IMG/VR virus record: IMGVR_UViG_3300009702_000024
Length of the DNA stretch: 64,000 nt
Direction: 5' to 3' (one strand)
Origin: an uncultured virus (IMG/VR IMGVR_UViG_3300009702_000024)
Lineage: Duplodnaviria > Heunggongvirae > Uroviricota > Caudoviricetes
Shown here: in pieces, positions 1-10,503 of the stretch
Layout of the letters: each line of letters opens with the position of its first letter
Numbering within the stretch: the first letter of the stretch is position 1
Notes under the pieces: generated by a model
What the model was told of the DNA's origin: nothing
The model's database searches: none
The model's input: only the letters and a program-made list of their open reading frames with translations
Program-made: the position numbers and the translations under genes

Positions 1-123
<123 letters not shown>

Positions 124-207
124 GAGCGGAGACTGAATTTTAACCTCCACTTTAACCAACCACAATTCAGCCAGAACATTATTATACCCAAGTGACAACC
201 AACTAGT

Positions 208-1920
208 GTGCAAACCAATCCAGAAGATATACCATCTGACATGCCAGAAGGAACGTCCTTCGAGGAAATAAAGAAAATGACCAACAAGTCTTTCATCTTC
301 GAAAAACCAACCGAAAAAGACTCCCCAGAATACAAGAAAACTTACAACTACCTCCTCGAAAATTTCGGGAAGTTCGGAGAGAATAGAGTACTCGCAAGAA
401 ATAGAGCGGGTGACATAATCGACATGGGTGGAATAGATGATGTGGTGTCGTCTGTCGTCCTCGAAGACTCCCAGTATGCGGACTCCCAGCTAGGAGTGTC
501 GCACAAAGTTAAATTCTCATCGCTGTTCGACATGTGGAATTCTGAACCCGGTCTGTCCCAGTCGTTAAATATGAACTCTGAAGTGCCAGTGGCTTACGGA
601 TCTTACTTCGCTTATGAACCAATCCCAAGAGAATTCAAGACAGCAGCAAACCCACCATTCGTCCCACCCTCAGTTGAGTACTGGAACAGATGGGCAGAGT
701 TCGTCCAGTTCAAGCACTTCCAACGTCAGTTCATCCACTCCCTTATAGGAACGGGAAACATGTGGGCGGAGAAAGTATACGACCGATCTGGTATGGTCAA
801 GAAAGGATGGGGAGTCAGAAAATTAAAAGTTCTGTCACCGGATGTCATGTACAATGTCGTTGACGAGAAGGGGAGAATACTCAAATTCGTCCAGTATTCC
901 GGGAACTCAGATCGCTATCTTGGAAAAGATCTCATCATCACAGAGAACCAAGCTAAAGAATTGAGACGGAGAGCTACAGAAGAGAAAACTCTCTACCATG
1001 AGATACCTCGTTACAAAGTTATTTACTGTAACTATAACGCTTACTACGATGACTCGCCATATGGCTTCGGGAGATCAGTGCCGAATGTGGCTTATGCCCG
1101 TTCTAAGATAGGTCTGCAAAAAAAGATACTCAGAATTGTCGAGAATGCATCCATCTCGATGGTTGTCTTTACCTACGGGAATGAGAACTTCATGGTGTCT
1201 GGAAAGTCAGCCACCAAGACATTTGCTAACATCAAGGGTAAACAGCATCTCAAGTTCGTCCTACTGCCTTTTACATTTCAACCTAAAGAAGTGGAATTGG
1301 GGAAGAATGTAGCCAATTTCGAAGGATACCTCAAGTACTTCCAGCAAGAATTGATGATTGGTGCGGGTCTCCCACCATTTTATTTCGGAATGGGTACGGG
1401 AGAGTCTGCGAAGATACAGATGGAATTGCTTGTTAGACAGTTCATGTTCACTCAGCAGATATTCTCAGATGTGTGCAAGAGTCAGCTGTTCGCCGAATGC
1501 GTTCTAGGAGATCCGTCAAAAACGAAGAAGATCATGACCGATGATCCAAAACAATATCCTTACATGCGTCCTTCTACATTCGTATTACTCCCCACATTAC
1601 GACATAATACCATAGAGTCTGTTGCTGATAGGAGGCTGAGGCACGACACATATGGGAAGCTTGGATTGCTGTCAAACAAGGAGATGAGAAGCGAGATCGA
1701 TAGGTACGGATCCACTGACATGAATGATCTCACTCCTTCGTTGAAACTTGAGCAGAGGAGATTGGATATTGAGGAGAAGAAAATTGAAGCTTCTCTGAAA
1801 GTAGCAGAAGCCTCTGCAAAGGCGGCAGCTCAATCAGCGAATAAGACAGCTGACACATCAGCAACTAAGACACCAGCCAAGACAACAACTAAGAAATCTA
1901 CAAAAACTGCAACTAAATAA
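208..1920 (+). CDS. Portal protein
   Basis: 570 aa, first gene of head module before protease and MCP; portal-like segments (LIGTGNMWAE, LKVLSPDVM, SPYGFG, GLPPFYFG, GLLSNKEMR); K/T/A-rich C-terminal tail. Confidence 0.8.
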   Translation: MQTNPEDIPSDMPEGTSFEEIKKMTNKSFIFEKPTEKDSPEYKKTYNYLLENFGKFGENRVLARNRAGDIIDMGGIDDVVSSVVLEDSQYADSQLGVSHKVKFSSLFDMWNSEPGLSQSLNMNSEVPVAYGSYFAYEPIPREFKTAANPPFVPPSVEYWNRWAEFVQFKHFQRQFIHSLIGTGNMWAEKVYDRSGMVKKGWGVRKLKVLSPDVMYNVVDEKGRILKFVQYSGNSDRYLGKDLIITENQAKELRRRATEEKTLYHEIPRYKVIYCNYNAYYDDSPYGFGRSVPNVAYARSKIGLQKKILRIVENASISMVVFTYGNENFMVSGKSATKTFANIKGKQHLKFVLLPFTFQPKEVELGKNVANFEGYLKYFQQELMIGAGLPPFYFGMGTGESAKIQMELLVRQFMFTQQIFSDVCKSQLFAECVLGDPSKTKKIMTDDPKQYPYMRPSTFVLLPTLRHNTIESVADRRLRHDTYGKLGLLSNKEMRSEIDRYGSTDMNDLTPSLKLEQRRLDIEEKKIEASLKVAEASAKAAAQSANKTADTSATKTPAKTTTKKSTKTATK

Positions 1921-1983
1921 TTTTCGCATTGTTCCATTCTCGTTAGGGAAAATCTAATATTACATTTCATACAGTATAAATCA

Positions 1984-3093
1984 ATGAGTACTCAATCAAT
2001 GTCAGCAAATATGATGACGATAACAGAAGAGGAAACTCTCAAAGAGCTGGGTAAACACATAGATACCTTTGAGCTTAAAGTGGATCTTCAGAAGATTGAC
2101 GAGTGGGACAGTTTTGGAGATGACTTGAAAAAAGCTACTATGGAATGGTACGGTCTGAAGAGTTTCAAAGCAGTGAAAGACAGTTACCGAAGAGTCAGTG
2201 GTGTTGGTATCGACACTGGAAGGAACATGAACACATCTTTCAGATACTCGGCAGATGCTTTGAGGTTCATGGTGGATGAGTTCAAGAAGAATATGAGTAA
2301 ACCTCAGTTGAACAATTTTTATCAAGATCATAATATGTGGACAATAGAGGCTTTAATGGGTCGTGTGATGAATTTAGAATTCAAGGCGACTGATAAAAAA
2401 GGGGAGAAAGGTCTCATCCGTTTCGATGCGGTGCTCAACAAAAAACATCCGCTTACAGCACGAGCTGAGATGTTCAAGTCTGTGTCGATGACTGTTCTTA
2501 CGGGTAATTTCACATGTCTCACGTGTAACAATCGAGCACGGGACTGTACGTGTGAGACAATGCAAGAGCAAGATATTGTGGCGAACAAGGGTGCTCTTAT
2601 TGAGCTGTCGTATGTCACTTTTCCAGCTTATCCGAAAGCGTCTGTGGATAAAATAGAGAATTTTTCATCACACGTTCTTGATAGGATTAAGGATGAGTTG
2701 AAGGAGAGAGGTATGAGCACACCGTTCGATAAACCTTTTGATGTGAGTGAGTACAAGGCTGGTATGGATGATGCTTTTATTTCTAAATTTGATACACCGT
2801 ATCTTTCAGTATTTGCTGATGTTATGGAAACTGTAGTGGAGAATAAAGTTTCTCATTTCACGACTAATAATGTTGCATCCAATGTTTCATCTAATGTTTC
2901 ATCTCTCGTTGGAACTTCCACCGATGCTTTTATCGACAATAGAGATGACGATGATGGTGAAGACGAAGATGAAGAGGAAGACGAGAATAATAATGATAGC
3001 TCAGAGGTTGAGAAAGTTATGAAACTTATTTCAATGCTTGAAGTTGTAGACAATTTAAGTAAATTTGACGAGATTTTGGCTGAAAAAAAATGA
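1984..3093 (+). CDS. Prohead maturation protease (HK97-type) with Cys cluster and acidic C-terminus
   Basis: YQDH, SVSM, CLTC..CTC insert, IELSYVTFPAYPKA motif; lies between portal and MCP. Confidence 0.8.
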   Translation: MSTQSMSANMMTITEEETLKELGKHIDTFELKVDLQKIDEWDSFGDDLKKATMEWYGLKSFKAVKDSYRRVSGVGIDTGRNMNTSFRYSADALRFMVDEFKKNMSKPQLNNFYQDHNMWTIEALMGRVMNLEFKATDKKGEKGLIRFDAVLNKKHPLTARAEMFKSVSMTVLTGNFTCLTCNNRARDCTCETMQEQDIVANKGALIELSYVTFPAYPKASVDKIENFSSHVLDRIKDELKERGMSTPFDKPFDVSEYKAGMDDAFISKFDTPYLSVFADVMETVVENKVSHFTTNNVASNVSSNVSSLVGTSTDAFIDNRDDDDGEDEDEEEDENNNDSSEVEKVMKLISMLEVVDNLSKFDEILAEKK

Positions 3094-3121
3094 GATAAAT
3101 ATATTTATCGTCTGTATGACA

Positions 3122-3135
3122 CGAAAAATTTATAT
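3122..3135 (+). promoter_or_regulatory. Archaeal BRE/TATA promoter
   Basis: CGAAAAA-TTTATAT about 27 nt upstream of ATG 3162 (leaderless spacing). Confidence 0.55.
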
Positions 3136-3155
3136 CTTTTAGATGCGTGTGATAG

Positions 3156-3638
3156 TTGTATATGACAACTTCAGATGAGATTTTTGATCGAGCTAATGTG
3201 CTTCTCAAGAAGTACGAGGACAAATTGGTTGCCCTTGAAGAGATGAATAAACGCAAGAGAGAAGATCTAGAGAACAGTAAAAAATTATCTCTTGTCACAG
3301 ATATAGTTAATTGTTATGAGAAAATAGGCGAACCTATTGACCCTAAAGAACTTATGAAAGAGTCTGTTGATACATTGACTTTTTTTAAGACGAATGCTGA
3401 GAAATTAGCAGAGAAGTTCAAACACAATATTTTTGATACCGATGAGACTTCTGGAATTGTCGATAGGGACATTGGAGCTGACGAAGTATCAGATATAATG
3501 TCAAATGAAGAGAAACGTTATAGTATGACGGATAAAGTGCTTGATATGATTTCGTTATCGATGGGACTTCCCATAGCCACGAAAGAAGAAAAAGATGTTC
3601 TACGAATGGAGCATAGAGCACAAGGAATAATATACTAG
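3156..3638 (+). CDS. Putative scaffold/head assembly protein (likely start ATG 3162)
   Basis: Charged coiled-coil protein between protease and capsid genes. Confidence 0.45.
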   Translation: MYMTTSDEIFDRANVLLKKYEDKLVALEEMNKRKREDLENSKKLSLVTDIVNCYEKIGEPIDPKELMKESVDTLTFFKTNAEKLAEKFKHNIFDTDETSGIVDRDIGADEVSDIMSNEEKRYSMTDKVLDMISLSMGLPIATKEEKDVLRMEHRAQGIIY

Positions 3639-3648
3639 GTGAAAGAAT

Positions 3649-4347
3649 ATGTCAGCACTACCAAAAAGACAAGCACTCAACCCATTTTTGTACACATCAT
3701 ATCCAACTCTTAGACCAAACGTCATTCCAAAAGATGCTTCGGATGGTCTGGCAAAAGATGAGTTAACGGGAAATTTTAAACCAGTTAAAAGGTTTGAAGT
3801 TGGACATCTTATCTCAGTCACTCAAGGTTTTATGAAAACTGGATCTCAATGGCAACAAAGCGGTCAAGCAACATACATAGAAGGAGATTTACATGATCCA
3901 AATTATGCCGATCCAGCAGCTCTGAAATTACTTGGTGTATCCATAGGAGAAGCACCTCAGAATAGACCTTCAATGGTTGATGTTTTCGGTGATCTGTCAA
4001 ATGAAGATTTCGGGATAAATGTTGATACATCTATAGCTTCATTTATGGAGAGACTCGCTGTTGCAGCCTCTTCTTCCATCGTTCTCGTCAAATTGTGGGA
4101 TACTATCAACAATCAGCTTGAAGTTCTTGATAATACTTCTATTGGTCTACCAGTATTTGCGTCCAAAACTGGAATAGATGGTGGATCTGTTTCTCACACT
4201 GGAGCTTCTGGGTTTGGATCGATTTCAGCTGGTCAATCAACAGTTGCTGGAATAGCACAGATTGGAATGGTGTACGCCGTACCTATTAATGGTGATCATA
4301 GAGCATATGTACTATTCAATCCAGCTCTTGCACGGAGGGTCGTGTGA
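3649..4347 (+). CDS. Putative capsid decoration/cement protein
   Basis: Gly/Ala-rich protein directly upstream of MCP; AGGTGA RBS. Confidence 0.5.
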   Translation: MSALPKRQALNPFLYTSYPTLRPNVIPKDASDGLAKDELTGNFKPVKRFEVGHLISVTQGFMKTGSQWQQSGQATYIEGDLHDPNYADPAALKLLGVSIGEAPQNRPSMVDVFGDLSNEDFGINVDTSIASFMERLAVAASSSIVLVKLWDTINNQLEVLDNTSIGLPVFASKTGIDGGSVSHTGASGFGSISAGQSTVAGIAQIGMVYAVPINGDHRAYVLFNPALARRVV

Positions 4348-4362
4348 AATAGGTGATGTGTT

Positions 4363-5472
4363 ATGAGTAGTATACTAGATAAACCAAATTATAACAAAAA
4401 TCTTTCACTTCGAGGACAAGTAGTTCAGAATAGATTGAAAATACAAGACATTGCGAAAACTCTTCCGGTCGATCCTCTTATTAAAGATAGAATGGCGAAG
4501 AGGTTCTTTACAAATGCTCCGGGCGATCTTAGAGACATGGTTGAGGATATTGTCGCTAAATCATTCTACCTCGATCAAAAAGAATGGGCTAAAATGGTGA
4601 AAATCACTTTCGACCGTGCTATCCGGGTTTACTCTCGTCATAGATTACGAGCACGAGAGTTAGTGAATTCAACTCGTACTGACAGTGAATTCTACCAGTG
4701 GTTAGTTGGAACTTCGTTCACTGCTGACTTTGTAGCTCCCGGTTCAGCAAAACCAACTGCGAGTTTCGACTTTTCAAGTCGGTTCGCTCGTATTTACAAA
4801 GCTGGTCTGGCATTGGAATTCAATGATGAGCTCCGAAAGAAAATGAACCTCGACTTAATGTCGATGAGCATTGAGAAAGTTACAGATGCTTTTGACGAAC
4901 TCGAAGCAGTAACTATTCTCGATGGTCTATTTAAGTCAGTTGCAAATGGAACTCGGTTCTTTGGGAAGAAGTATCCTTCTCATATTTTGGATGCAACAAA
5001 GTACACAAATGCGAAGATGGATCACGAGAAAATGTTAGAAATGATGTTTCTGGGTTTCGATGAAGGGTGGCAAGGTGACATCTTCATGATGAATTCCAAC
5101 AGATATTTCGAGCTTCTCAAGCTTGATCCATTTAAGGACGCTTCTCAAAAATGGACAACTGCGGCATCACCAAAGGCAATTGCTATTATTGAGGGGGCTA
5201 CACCGGGAAAACCAATTTTACCCGGTATGTCTGTTACAAAATTCGTTCATTCCCCATTGATACCTATCGATAAAATTCTTCTGTATCGACAAAGTACATT
5301 CTTTGATTTTGCAGAACAAAGTGGCTTGGAGTCTGAGGTAGCACCTCACGATGGTCTGCATGATGTGTCTACGGTTTCTTACAGAACCTACTATGGTGTT
5401 GCTGCGAGAGAACCTAACGATGGTGCTATGATGAAAAACACTACGGGCTTTGATATTGCTACAAGGTTCTAA
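4363..5472 (+). CDS. Major capsid protein (HK97 fold)
   Basis: 369 aa; KAGLALEFNDEL, FMMNS and C-terminal YRTYYGVAAREP patterns; position; AGGTGA RBS. Confidence 0.8.
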   Translation: MSSILDKPNYNKNLSLRGQVVQNRLKIQDIAKTLPVDPLIKDRMAKRFFTNAPGDLRDMVEDIVAKSFYLDQKEWAKMVKITFDRAIRVYSRHRLRARELVNSTRTDSEFYQWLVGTSFTADFVAPGSAKPTASFDFSSRFARIYKAGLALEFNDELRKKMNLDLMSMSIEKVTDAFDELEAVTILDGLFKSVANGTRFFGKKYPSHILDATKYTNAKMDHEKMLEMMFLGFDEGWQGDIFMMNSNRYFELLKLDPFKDASQKWTTAASPKAIAIIEGATPGKPILPGMSVTKFVHSPLIPIDKILLYRQSTFFDFAEQSGLESEVAPHDGLHDVSTVSYRTYYGVAAREPNDGAMMKNTTGFDIATRF

Positions 5473-5517
5473 ATATATTTTAGATAAATTTTTATGTGCT
5501 GATACTGATATAATAGT

Positions 5518-5946
5518 ATGGTATCACCTCTTTTTTCAATAACAGATGAGAACAATTTGTCCATTCTAGAATTGAATTTGGGTATACTGGGGGACAATCA
5601 GACATTTAAATTCAGATTGCATAATAATATTAATGGAGCTGTCACTACTCCAATTCCAAAAGCTAAGAATGTAATTCTCTCGCTTATTGCTGAGCCACTA
5701 CCAGCAAATGAGACTTTATTAGTCAATAAAGTGTACGAAGTGAGATGTACGTATTCTGCAAAAATGCAGAGTGTTTATAGTGAAGGATGGCAGAAATTCC
5801 CACTACACAATTCAAATTATGATGAGATAGATATTGGTCAATATAATGAGTATGAGATGAGGCATAATTACTCTCTTTTATCAGATGCACAAAAATCTCT
5901 GGTACGGAATAAAGAGTTAAGATATTGGATAATGGTGGGTGCATAG
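5518..5946 (+). CDS. Hypothetical virion protein
   Basis: ORF in structural operon after MCP. Confidence 0.5.
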   Translation: MVSPLFSITDENNLSILELNLGILGDNQTFKFRLHNNINGAVTTPIPKAKNVILSLIAEPLPANETLLVNKVYEVRCTYSAKMQSVYSEGWQKFPLHNSNYDEIDIGQYNEYEMRHNYSLLSDAQKSLVRNKELRYWIMVGA

Positions 5947-5949
5947 TAT

Positions 5950-6645
5950 ATGGATGTTGGATTACTTAGAACGCTATTGATGGAAATAGGGCAGTTGGCA
6001 TATAACCAAATCACAGACGAACGGAGAATGGTAACTCAATCAAGAAAAGTTTACACTCTCTATCAGAACATTCACGAGGTCGTTGCTGTGTTCGGTCTTG
6101 ACGATTTTGACAGAACAACTAATTTGTCAGTTTCTGGTGCTCACGATGAAGTGTCCATTGAAGTAAGTCCATCAGTAAATCCCGGTAAAGAAGTTCTTGT
6201 GAGCTACATCACAAAAGAAGGTCTATCGGATGGTGCAGCTCAGACTATAATAGATTGGGCTTTGATCGAAGTGAAATTGGATCTCCAAGAACCGGATATA
6301 GATTTATATAATCCAGATCCAAATGATTTCTTGGCTACTGGTATGAGAGCATATTGGCAATTACTTGCATTGGCAAATGCGTATCTTACTATGAACAATG
6401 TGAATTTCATTCAATCAGATGCAAATGTATCACTTTTCAATTTTCAAACTATGAGTAAGCTTTGGGGAGAAGGTATGTCTACAGATGCTCTTTTCGGTCG
6501 TCTATTTCAGAGAATGGAGCAATTCAGAAGAAATCTTATTATGTATACAACTGAAAGCTCAGTATATGAGTCTCCAGTTGGTGTAGATTGGTGGAAAGAT
6601 ACAAATTCTTTCAAAGATTGGCTTGAGGCTACAGTGGTGGATTAA
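5950..6645 (+). CDS. Putative head-tail adaptor
   Basis: Position; helical C-terminal half. Confidence 0.45.
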   Translation: MDVGLLRTLLMEIGQLAYNQITDERRMVTQSRKVYTLYQNIHEVVAVFGLDDFDRTTNLSVSGAHDEVSIEVSPSVNPGKEVLVSYITKEGLSDGAAQTIIDWALIEVKLDLQEPDIDLYNPDPNDFLATGMRAYWQLLALANAYLTMNNVNFIQSDANVSLFNFQTMSKLWGEGMSTDALFGRLFQRMEQFRRNLIMYTTESSVYESPVGVDWWKDTNSFKDWLEATVVD

Positions 6646-6646
6646 T

Positions 6647-7138
6647 ATGGGTAAAAGATCAGCGTTATTTGGTAGTAGAACTCCTCGTTTTAAAGCAGAT
6701 GAGGCTGCAAAGCAAATAATGTCACAAGGTGCTCCAATAGAACATCACAAGAGAAGAGCTACTAAGAAATGCCCAGTATGTTGGGATGAATATGCAGATG
6801 CATACAATCCACAATGCACAAATTGTGAAAATGGTTTTGTGAATGAGATATTGCATAAGATAGCATATTTTTCATTCACTCAACCATTTGGCGGGTCGGG
6901 TGAGTCGTCTGGTGTGTTCAATGCTGGTGGTATGGTACAAAGACGATCTGTTTATGTTTATATGGATAAAAATCATGGAAAAGATGTCGAAGAACAAGAT
7001 AGATTTATTATTAGGCTTGAGGGCAAAAAATATGAGTTGGCTGTTCTTAATGTTCAACCTCAATTCGTTGGTGGTAATGTACTTGCATTATACGTATTTG
7101 AGTGTATGACACCAGCCAATAAAACGATAGGGAGGTAG
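6647..7138 (+). CDS. Putative head-closure/neck protein with zinc motif
   Basis: CPVC...CTNC then beta-rich domain (EQDRFII..KKYEL); ATG 6647 follows upstream stop. Confidence 0.55.
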   Translation: MGKRSALFGSRTPRFKADEAAKQIMSQGAPIEHHKRRATKKCPVCWDEYADAYNPQCTNCENGFVNEILHKIAYFSFTQPFGGSGESSGVFNAGGMVQRRSVYVYMDKNHGKDVEEQDRFIIRLEGKKYELAVLNVQPQFVGGNVLALYVFECMTPANKTIGR

Positions 7139-7145
7139 ATGAAAA

Positions 7146-7757
7146 ATGAATATAAGAGTTAGTGATAAATTATCTTTGGGGAAAGATATACTCTGGAACA
7201 TATATTCAGCTCTCAGCTTAAATTTTGCAAGAGAGATAGAAGATGATGTGATTGAAAGTCTTTTAGATTACGATTACGCTGATGTTCCACATGAGCATCC
7301 ATCAACTGTTTATCTTATACAATTCATTGCTGCCTTTCGTAAGAAGCATTGGTCTCCGAAAAAAGGTGCTTTTAGAACAGAAGAAGATGCGAAAAATGAA
7401 CTGAGACGAAATGGTGAGTGGATAGATCATGGTATGAGAACTAGTTCTGCCTATTTAGCTGTCATGAATAATAGTCGTAAATTACAATTGATGGCAGAAG
7501 GTAGAACAGATTGGAGATGGTTTCTCAGTATGTGGTATGAACCAAATTCTCCGTTGAAGATATTCTCAAAGAAGCAACCGAAAGGATCTAAATTTTCTTT
7601 TGAAAGAGCATCGAAGATATTTGAGTCTTTACCTACTGTAGTTCCAGTAAGAAATTATATAGAAAATAGTTTTGAAGAGTTAAAAGATGAATTAGCTGAC
7701 GATGTGGATAATCAAGTGAGAAAAACCTTAGAAGCTAAAGGATATAAATTGAAGTGA
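7146..7757 (+). CDS. Putative neck/tail-completion protein
   Basis: Position; C-terminal RNYIENSFEEL helix. Confidence 0.4.
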   Translation: MNIRVSDKLSLGKDILWNIYSALSLNFAREIEDDVIESLLDYDYADVPHEHPSTVYLIQFIAAFRKKHWSPKKGAFRTEEDAKNELRRNGEWIDHGMRTSSAYLAVMNNSRKLQLMAEGRTDWRWFLSMWYEPNSPLKIFSKKQPKGSKFSFERASKIFESLPTVVPVRNYIENSFEELKDELADDVDNQVRKTLEAKGYKLK

Positions 7758-8485
7758 GTATTATGTCATGGCAGAAAGGTACTGGAAAAGGAGCTGTTGG
7801 AATATATTTTCCAAAAAAACAAGGATTTGCTACTACACCAATTGAAGCTGTAGGTATGTTTATTATTGATAAACTTGAAGAATTGCTTCCATCTATTAAA
7901 TGGGGAGATGATGAAATTCCTATAAAATATAACTGGGTTTCACCACAGACACCAAAATCAGTTATTGACTCACCAGCTATTGCATTGTCTATTGATTTAG
8001 TAGAAATGGGAAAGCTTGGTCAATTTCTTGAAACAAATGATAGTACTTCTATTGTGGCTGGTGGATTGTATGAATTGCGAATAATGTTTGTTATTATCTC
8101 TCCTAATACAAAAATTAGAGATGCTTTAGAGAATTTGTTGGATCGTAAACTCATGGTATTTATTAATACGACAAATGATCATCCTATACAATTTATAAGG
8201 AAAGATGAGTTTGGGTGGGAAAGAGGTTTTAATCAGTCTCAACAGAATGTATATACAGTTTTATATCAAAATGAGACTGATATGGAATTTGTGAAAACTG
8301 TAGAGTATCGAGGGTCTATCTTGCAAGATTTTATCGATCCAGACAATACTTCAAATATATGGTTAGGAGTCATAGGATCTATAAGTGGCACATATGAAGA
8401 GTCTTCAATTTCTGAAGTTAAATCCTTTAAAATCATGGGTGGAAGTCACATTTCTTTGAGAATTACTTATCAACCCGGAATTTAA
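7754..8485 (+). CDS. Putative tail terminator
   Basis: SPAIALS and RDALENLL motifs; directly upstream of sheath. Confidence 0.5.
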   Translation: MSIMSWQKGTGKGAVGIYFPKKQGFATTPIEAVGMFIIDKLEELLPSIKWGDDEIPIKYNWVSPQTPKSVIDSPAIALSIDLVEMGKLGQFLETNDSTSIVAGGLYELRIMFVIISPNTKIRDALENLLDRKLMVFINTTNDHPIQFIRKDEFGWERGFNQSQQNVYTVLYQNETDMEFVKTVEYRGSILQDFIDPDNTSNIWLGVIGSISGTYEESSISEVKSFKIMGGSHISLRITYQPGI

Positions 8486-8530
8486 ATAATATCTCATTTT
8501 AATATATTCATTTTAGAGACTGATAAACAA

Positions 8531-8544
8531 GAAAATTTTTATAA
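8531..8544 (+). promoter_or_regulatory. Archaeal BRE/TATA promoter of tail operon
   Basis: GAAAA-TTTTTATAA about 29 nt upstream of sheath ATG. Confidence 0.5.
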
Positions 8545-8572
8545 GAATTTCGATTATTTAAAATAGAATAAT

Positions 8573-9841
8573 ATGAGTTCTTCGTTACCCGGTATCATTA
8601 CAAATGTTACAAATAATATTGTAGCTCCAACTGGATCGCCCGGAAATACAATTGTCGTTATTGGTCATGTTGATGGATTACCAACAACATCTTATTGGAC
8701 ACCCGATCAAAAAGGGTTGATATATCAATTTCAAAGTTTAAGCGATTTCCAAACACAATTTGGAAATATTGATATTTCAACTAATCCTTTCGTAAATGGT
8801 GCTAAAGCCACTGTTTCTACAGCTGCAATTCCACCATACGACAAGAGAAATTCTGTTATGAGAATTCTTGATATTATTTATTTTGTTAATTTGACTGCTG
8901 ATGTTGCGGTTTTCCCAATTGACCCGGATTATGGAGGAGCGTCAGCTAACGAGTTGACAGATGATTTGTCGGTCATACCGCAAGGTATGTCTGAAGCTTT
9001 GGAAGAAGCTCTGTTCTATTTCAATGTGTTTGGTATAATTCTCGCTGGACTTGAACCGGTTCTTCTTGGAAAGCAACACGTTGAACTTGCATCTGATAGT
9101 TCCGGTCTTTACAATTCTCCAAGATTTTATTTCACTGGTGTTGATCTTTTTTCTGCTTGGGATGATTTTACAACTCCCGGAAGAACACAGCCACTTTCAG
9201 TAGATGACATTTCTGAATGGAATGCTGTTAAAAGTGATCTTGGTCTTGTGATGAATTACATTGGTAATCATTTGTACAATTTCCGTGTCGTTAATGGAAC
9301 TGAACCCGCTTTGGAAATTGGAGGTCAACTTGTAGCTGGATTTATTGCTGGTCTTGCTACATTGAATTCTCCAGCTTTTTCATTTACCAGAGCGACAAAT
9401 GCTTTAGGATCTGTTGTTTATGGTGGTGATAATTTAATATTTAGACCGTCTGAATTATTGGTGGCTCAAAATGATGGATGGCTCATCACAAGATTTGTTC
9501 AGAATACGTATGTAATAAACAAAGGTGTTACTTATGCAAGTACAATTGGACAGAATTTCAGTCTCTATCCAGTTCGTGCGGTAGCGAACTACATGTTCAA
9601 AGCATTAGTTATTTTGCTCACACCATACTTAGAGCAAATGCAGACATCTACTGTTTTTGTATCAGCTAAAGCACAAATTGATCAAGCGTTGCAAAATGCG
9701 AGAGATGCAAATTTCATCTTAAGCAATTATTCGTCAAAAGTTGTATCAGACAGTAATCAAATTGATGCTATTGATGCAGAAGTATCTTTTGAGGTTATAA
9801 AACCGATCAATACGGTGAAGTTGAACATTACAGTAAGTTGA
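8573..9841 (+). CDS. Contractile tail sheath protein
   Basis: N-terminal LPGII, SLSDFQTQFG, VAGFIAG, VRAVANY, C-terminal VIKPINTVKLNITV. Confidence 0.85.
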   Translation: MSSSLPGIITNVTNNIVAPTGSPGNTIVVIGHVDGLPTTSYWTPDQKGLIYQFQSLSDFQTQFGNIDISTNPFVNGAKATVSTAAIPPYDKRNSVMRILDIIYFVNLTADVAVFPIDPDYGGASANELTDDLSVIPQGMSEALEEALFYFNVFGIILAGLEPVLLGKQHVELASDSSGLYNSPRFYFTGVDLFSAWDDFTTPGRTQPLSVDDISEWNAVKSDLGLVMNYIGNHLYNFRVVNGTEPALEIGGQLVAGFIAGLATLNSPAFSFTRATNALGSVVYGGDNLIFRPSELLVAQNDGWLITRFVQNTYVINKGVTYASTIGQNFSLYPVRAVANYMFKALVILLTPYLEQMQTSTVFVSAKAQIDQALQNARDANFILSNYSSKVVSDSNQIDAIDAEVSFEVIKPINTVKLNITVS

Positions 9842-9853
9842 GGTGAATGAAAA

Positions 9854-10498
9854 ATGGCAAATGATGTATTTCATGCAAAAAAGGCTCTTGTACTGATTAA
9901 AGAAGGAAATTCATATAAATCTGTTACATTAGCAAAAGAAGTTGTTGTCACTCCGACAGTTCAAGGAGTAGCAAGAACTGTAGTTCTTGGAACTGATCTT
10001 GTTCAAAATGTCGCCAATCATGGTATTTCATTTAAAGCAAGGATGAACCTATATCTCACAAAAGGAGATGCGTACTGGATGTACATGTTAGGAGATGTTT
10101 TTGATCAAACTGTTTATGACAGTTCTGATCGTAATGTCAAAGTTACTAATGTAGATCTCGCAAATAAGCAATTGGTTGTAGGAACAACTGATCCATCATT
10201 AAATGACTTTAATGATGATAAAAGATGGCAGAATATGGGAGAGTCTGATATAATCATTGTATCTCTTGATAATCTTGCTAGTTCTATTGCAAATGTGGAC
10301 AATGGCACATTCGATCTCTCTAAAATACTTGCTAATCAAGGGCTGGTGATACTGCTTAAGAAAGCGGTTCTTACTGAAATGGATATTCGAACGAGAGCTA
10401 CTGAATTCTCTGAAATCACGCTTGGTGTAGAAACTGGACAAGCTGAAATTCGGATAAATAATCAAGTACAAGCTACTTCTCAATTCACGAATTTCTAG
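9854..10498 (+). CDS. Tail tube protein
   Basis: Follows sheath; GAGGTGA RBS; VILLKKAVLTEMDI tube-like C-terminus. Confidence 0.7.
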   Translation: MANDVFHAKKALVLIKEGNSYKSVTLAKEVVVTPTVQGVARTVVLGTDLVQNVANHGISFKARMNLYLTKGDAYWMYMLGDVFDQTVYDSSDRNVKVTNVDLANKQLVVGTTDPSLNDFNDDKRWQNMGESDIIIVSLDNLASSIANVDNGTFDLSKILANQGLVILLKKAVLTEMDIRTRATEFSEITLGVETGQAEIRINNQVQATSQFTNF

Positions 10499-10503
10499 GA
10501 TGA

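Noticed and set aside
2869..2904. 12-bp tandem repeat in the protease gene
   Set aside because: In-frame low-complexity linker (NVAS-NVSS-NVSS); ordinary slippage.
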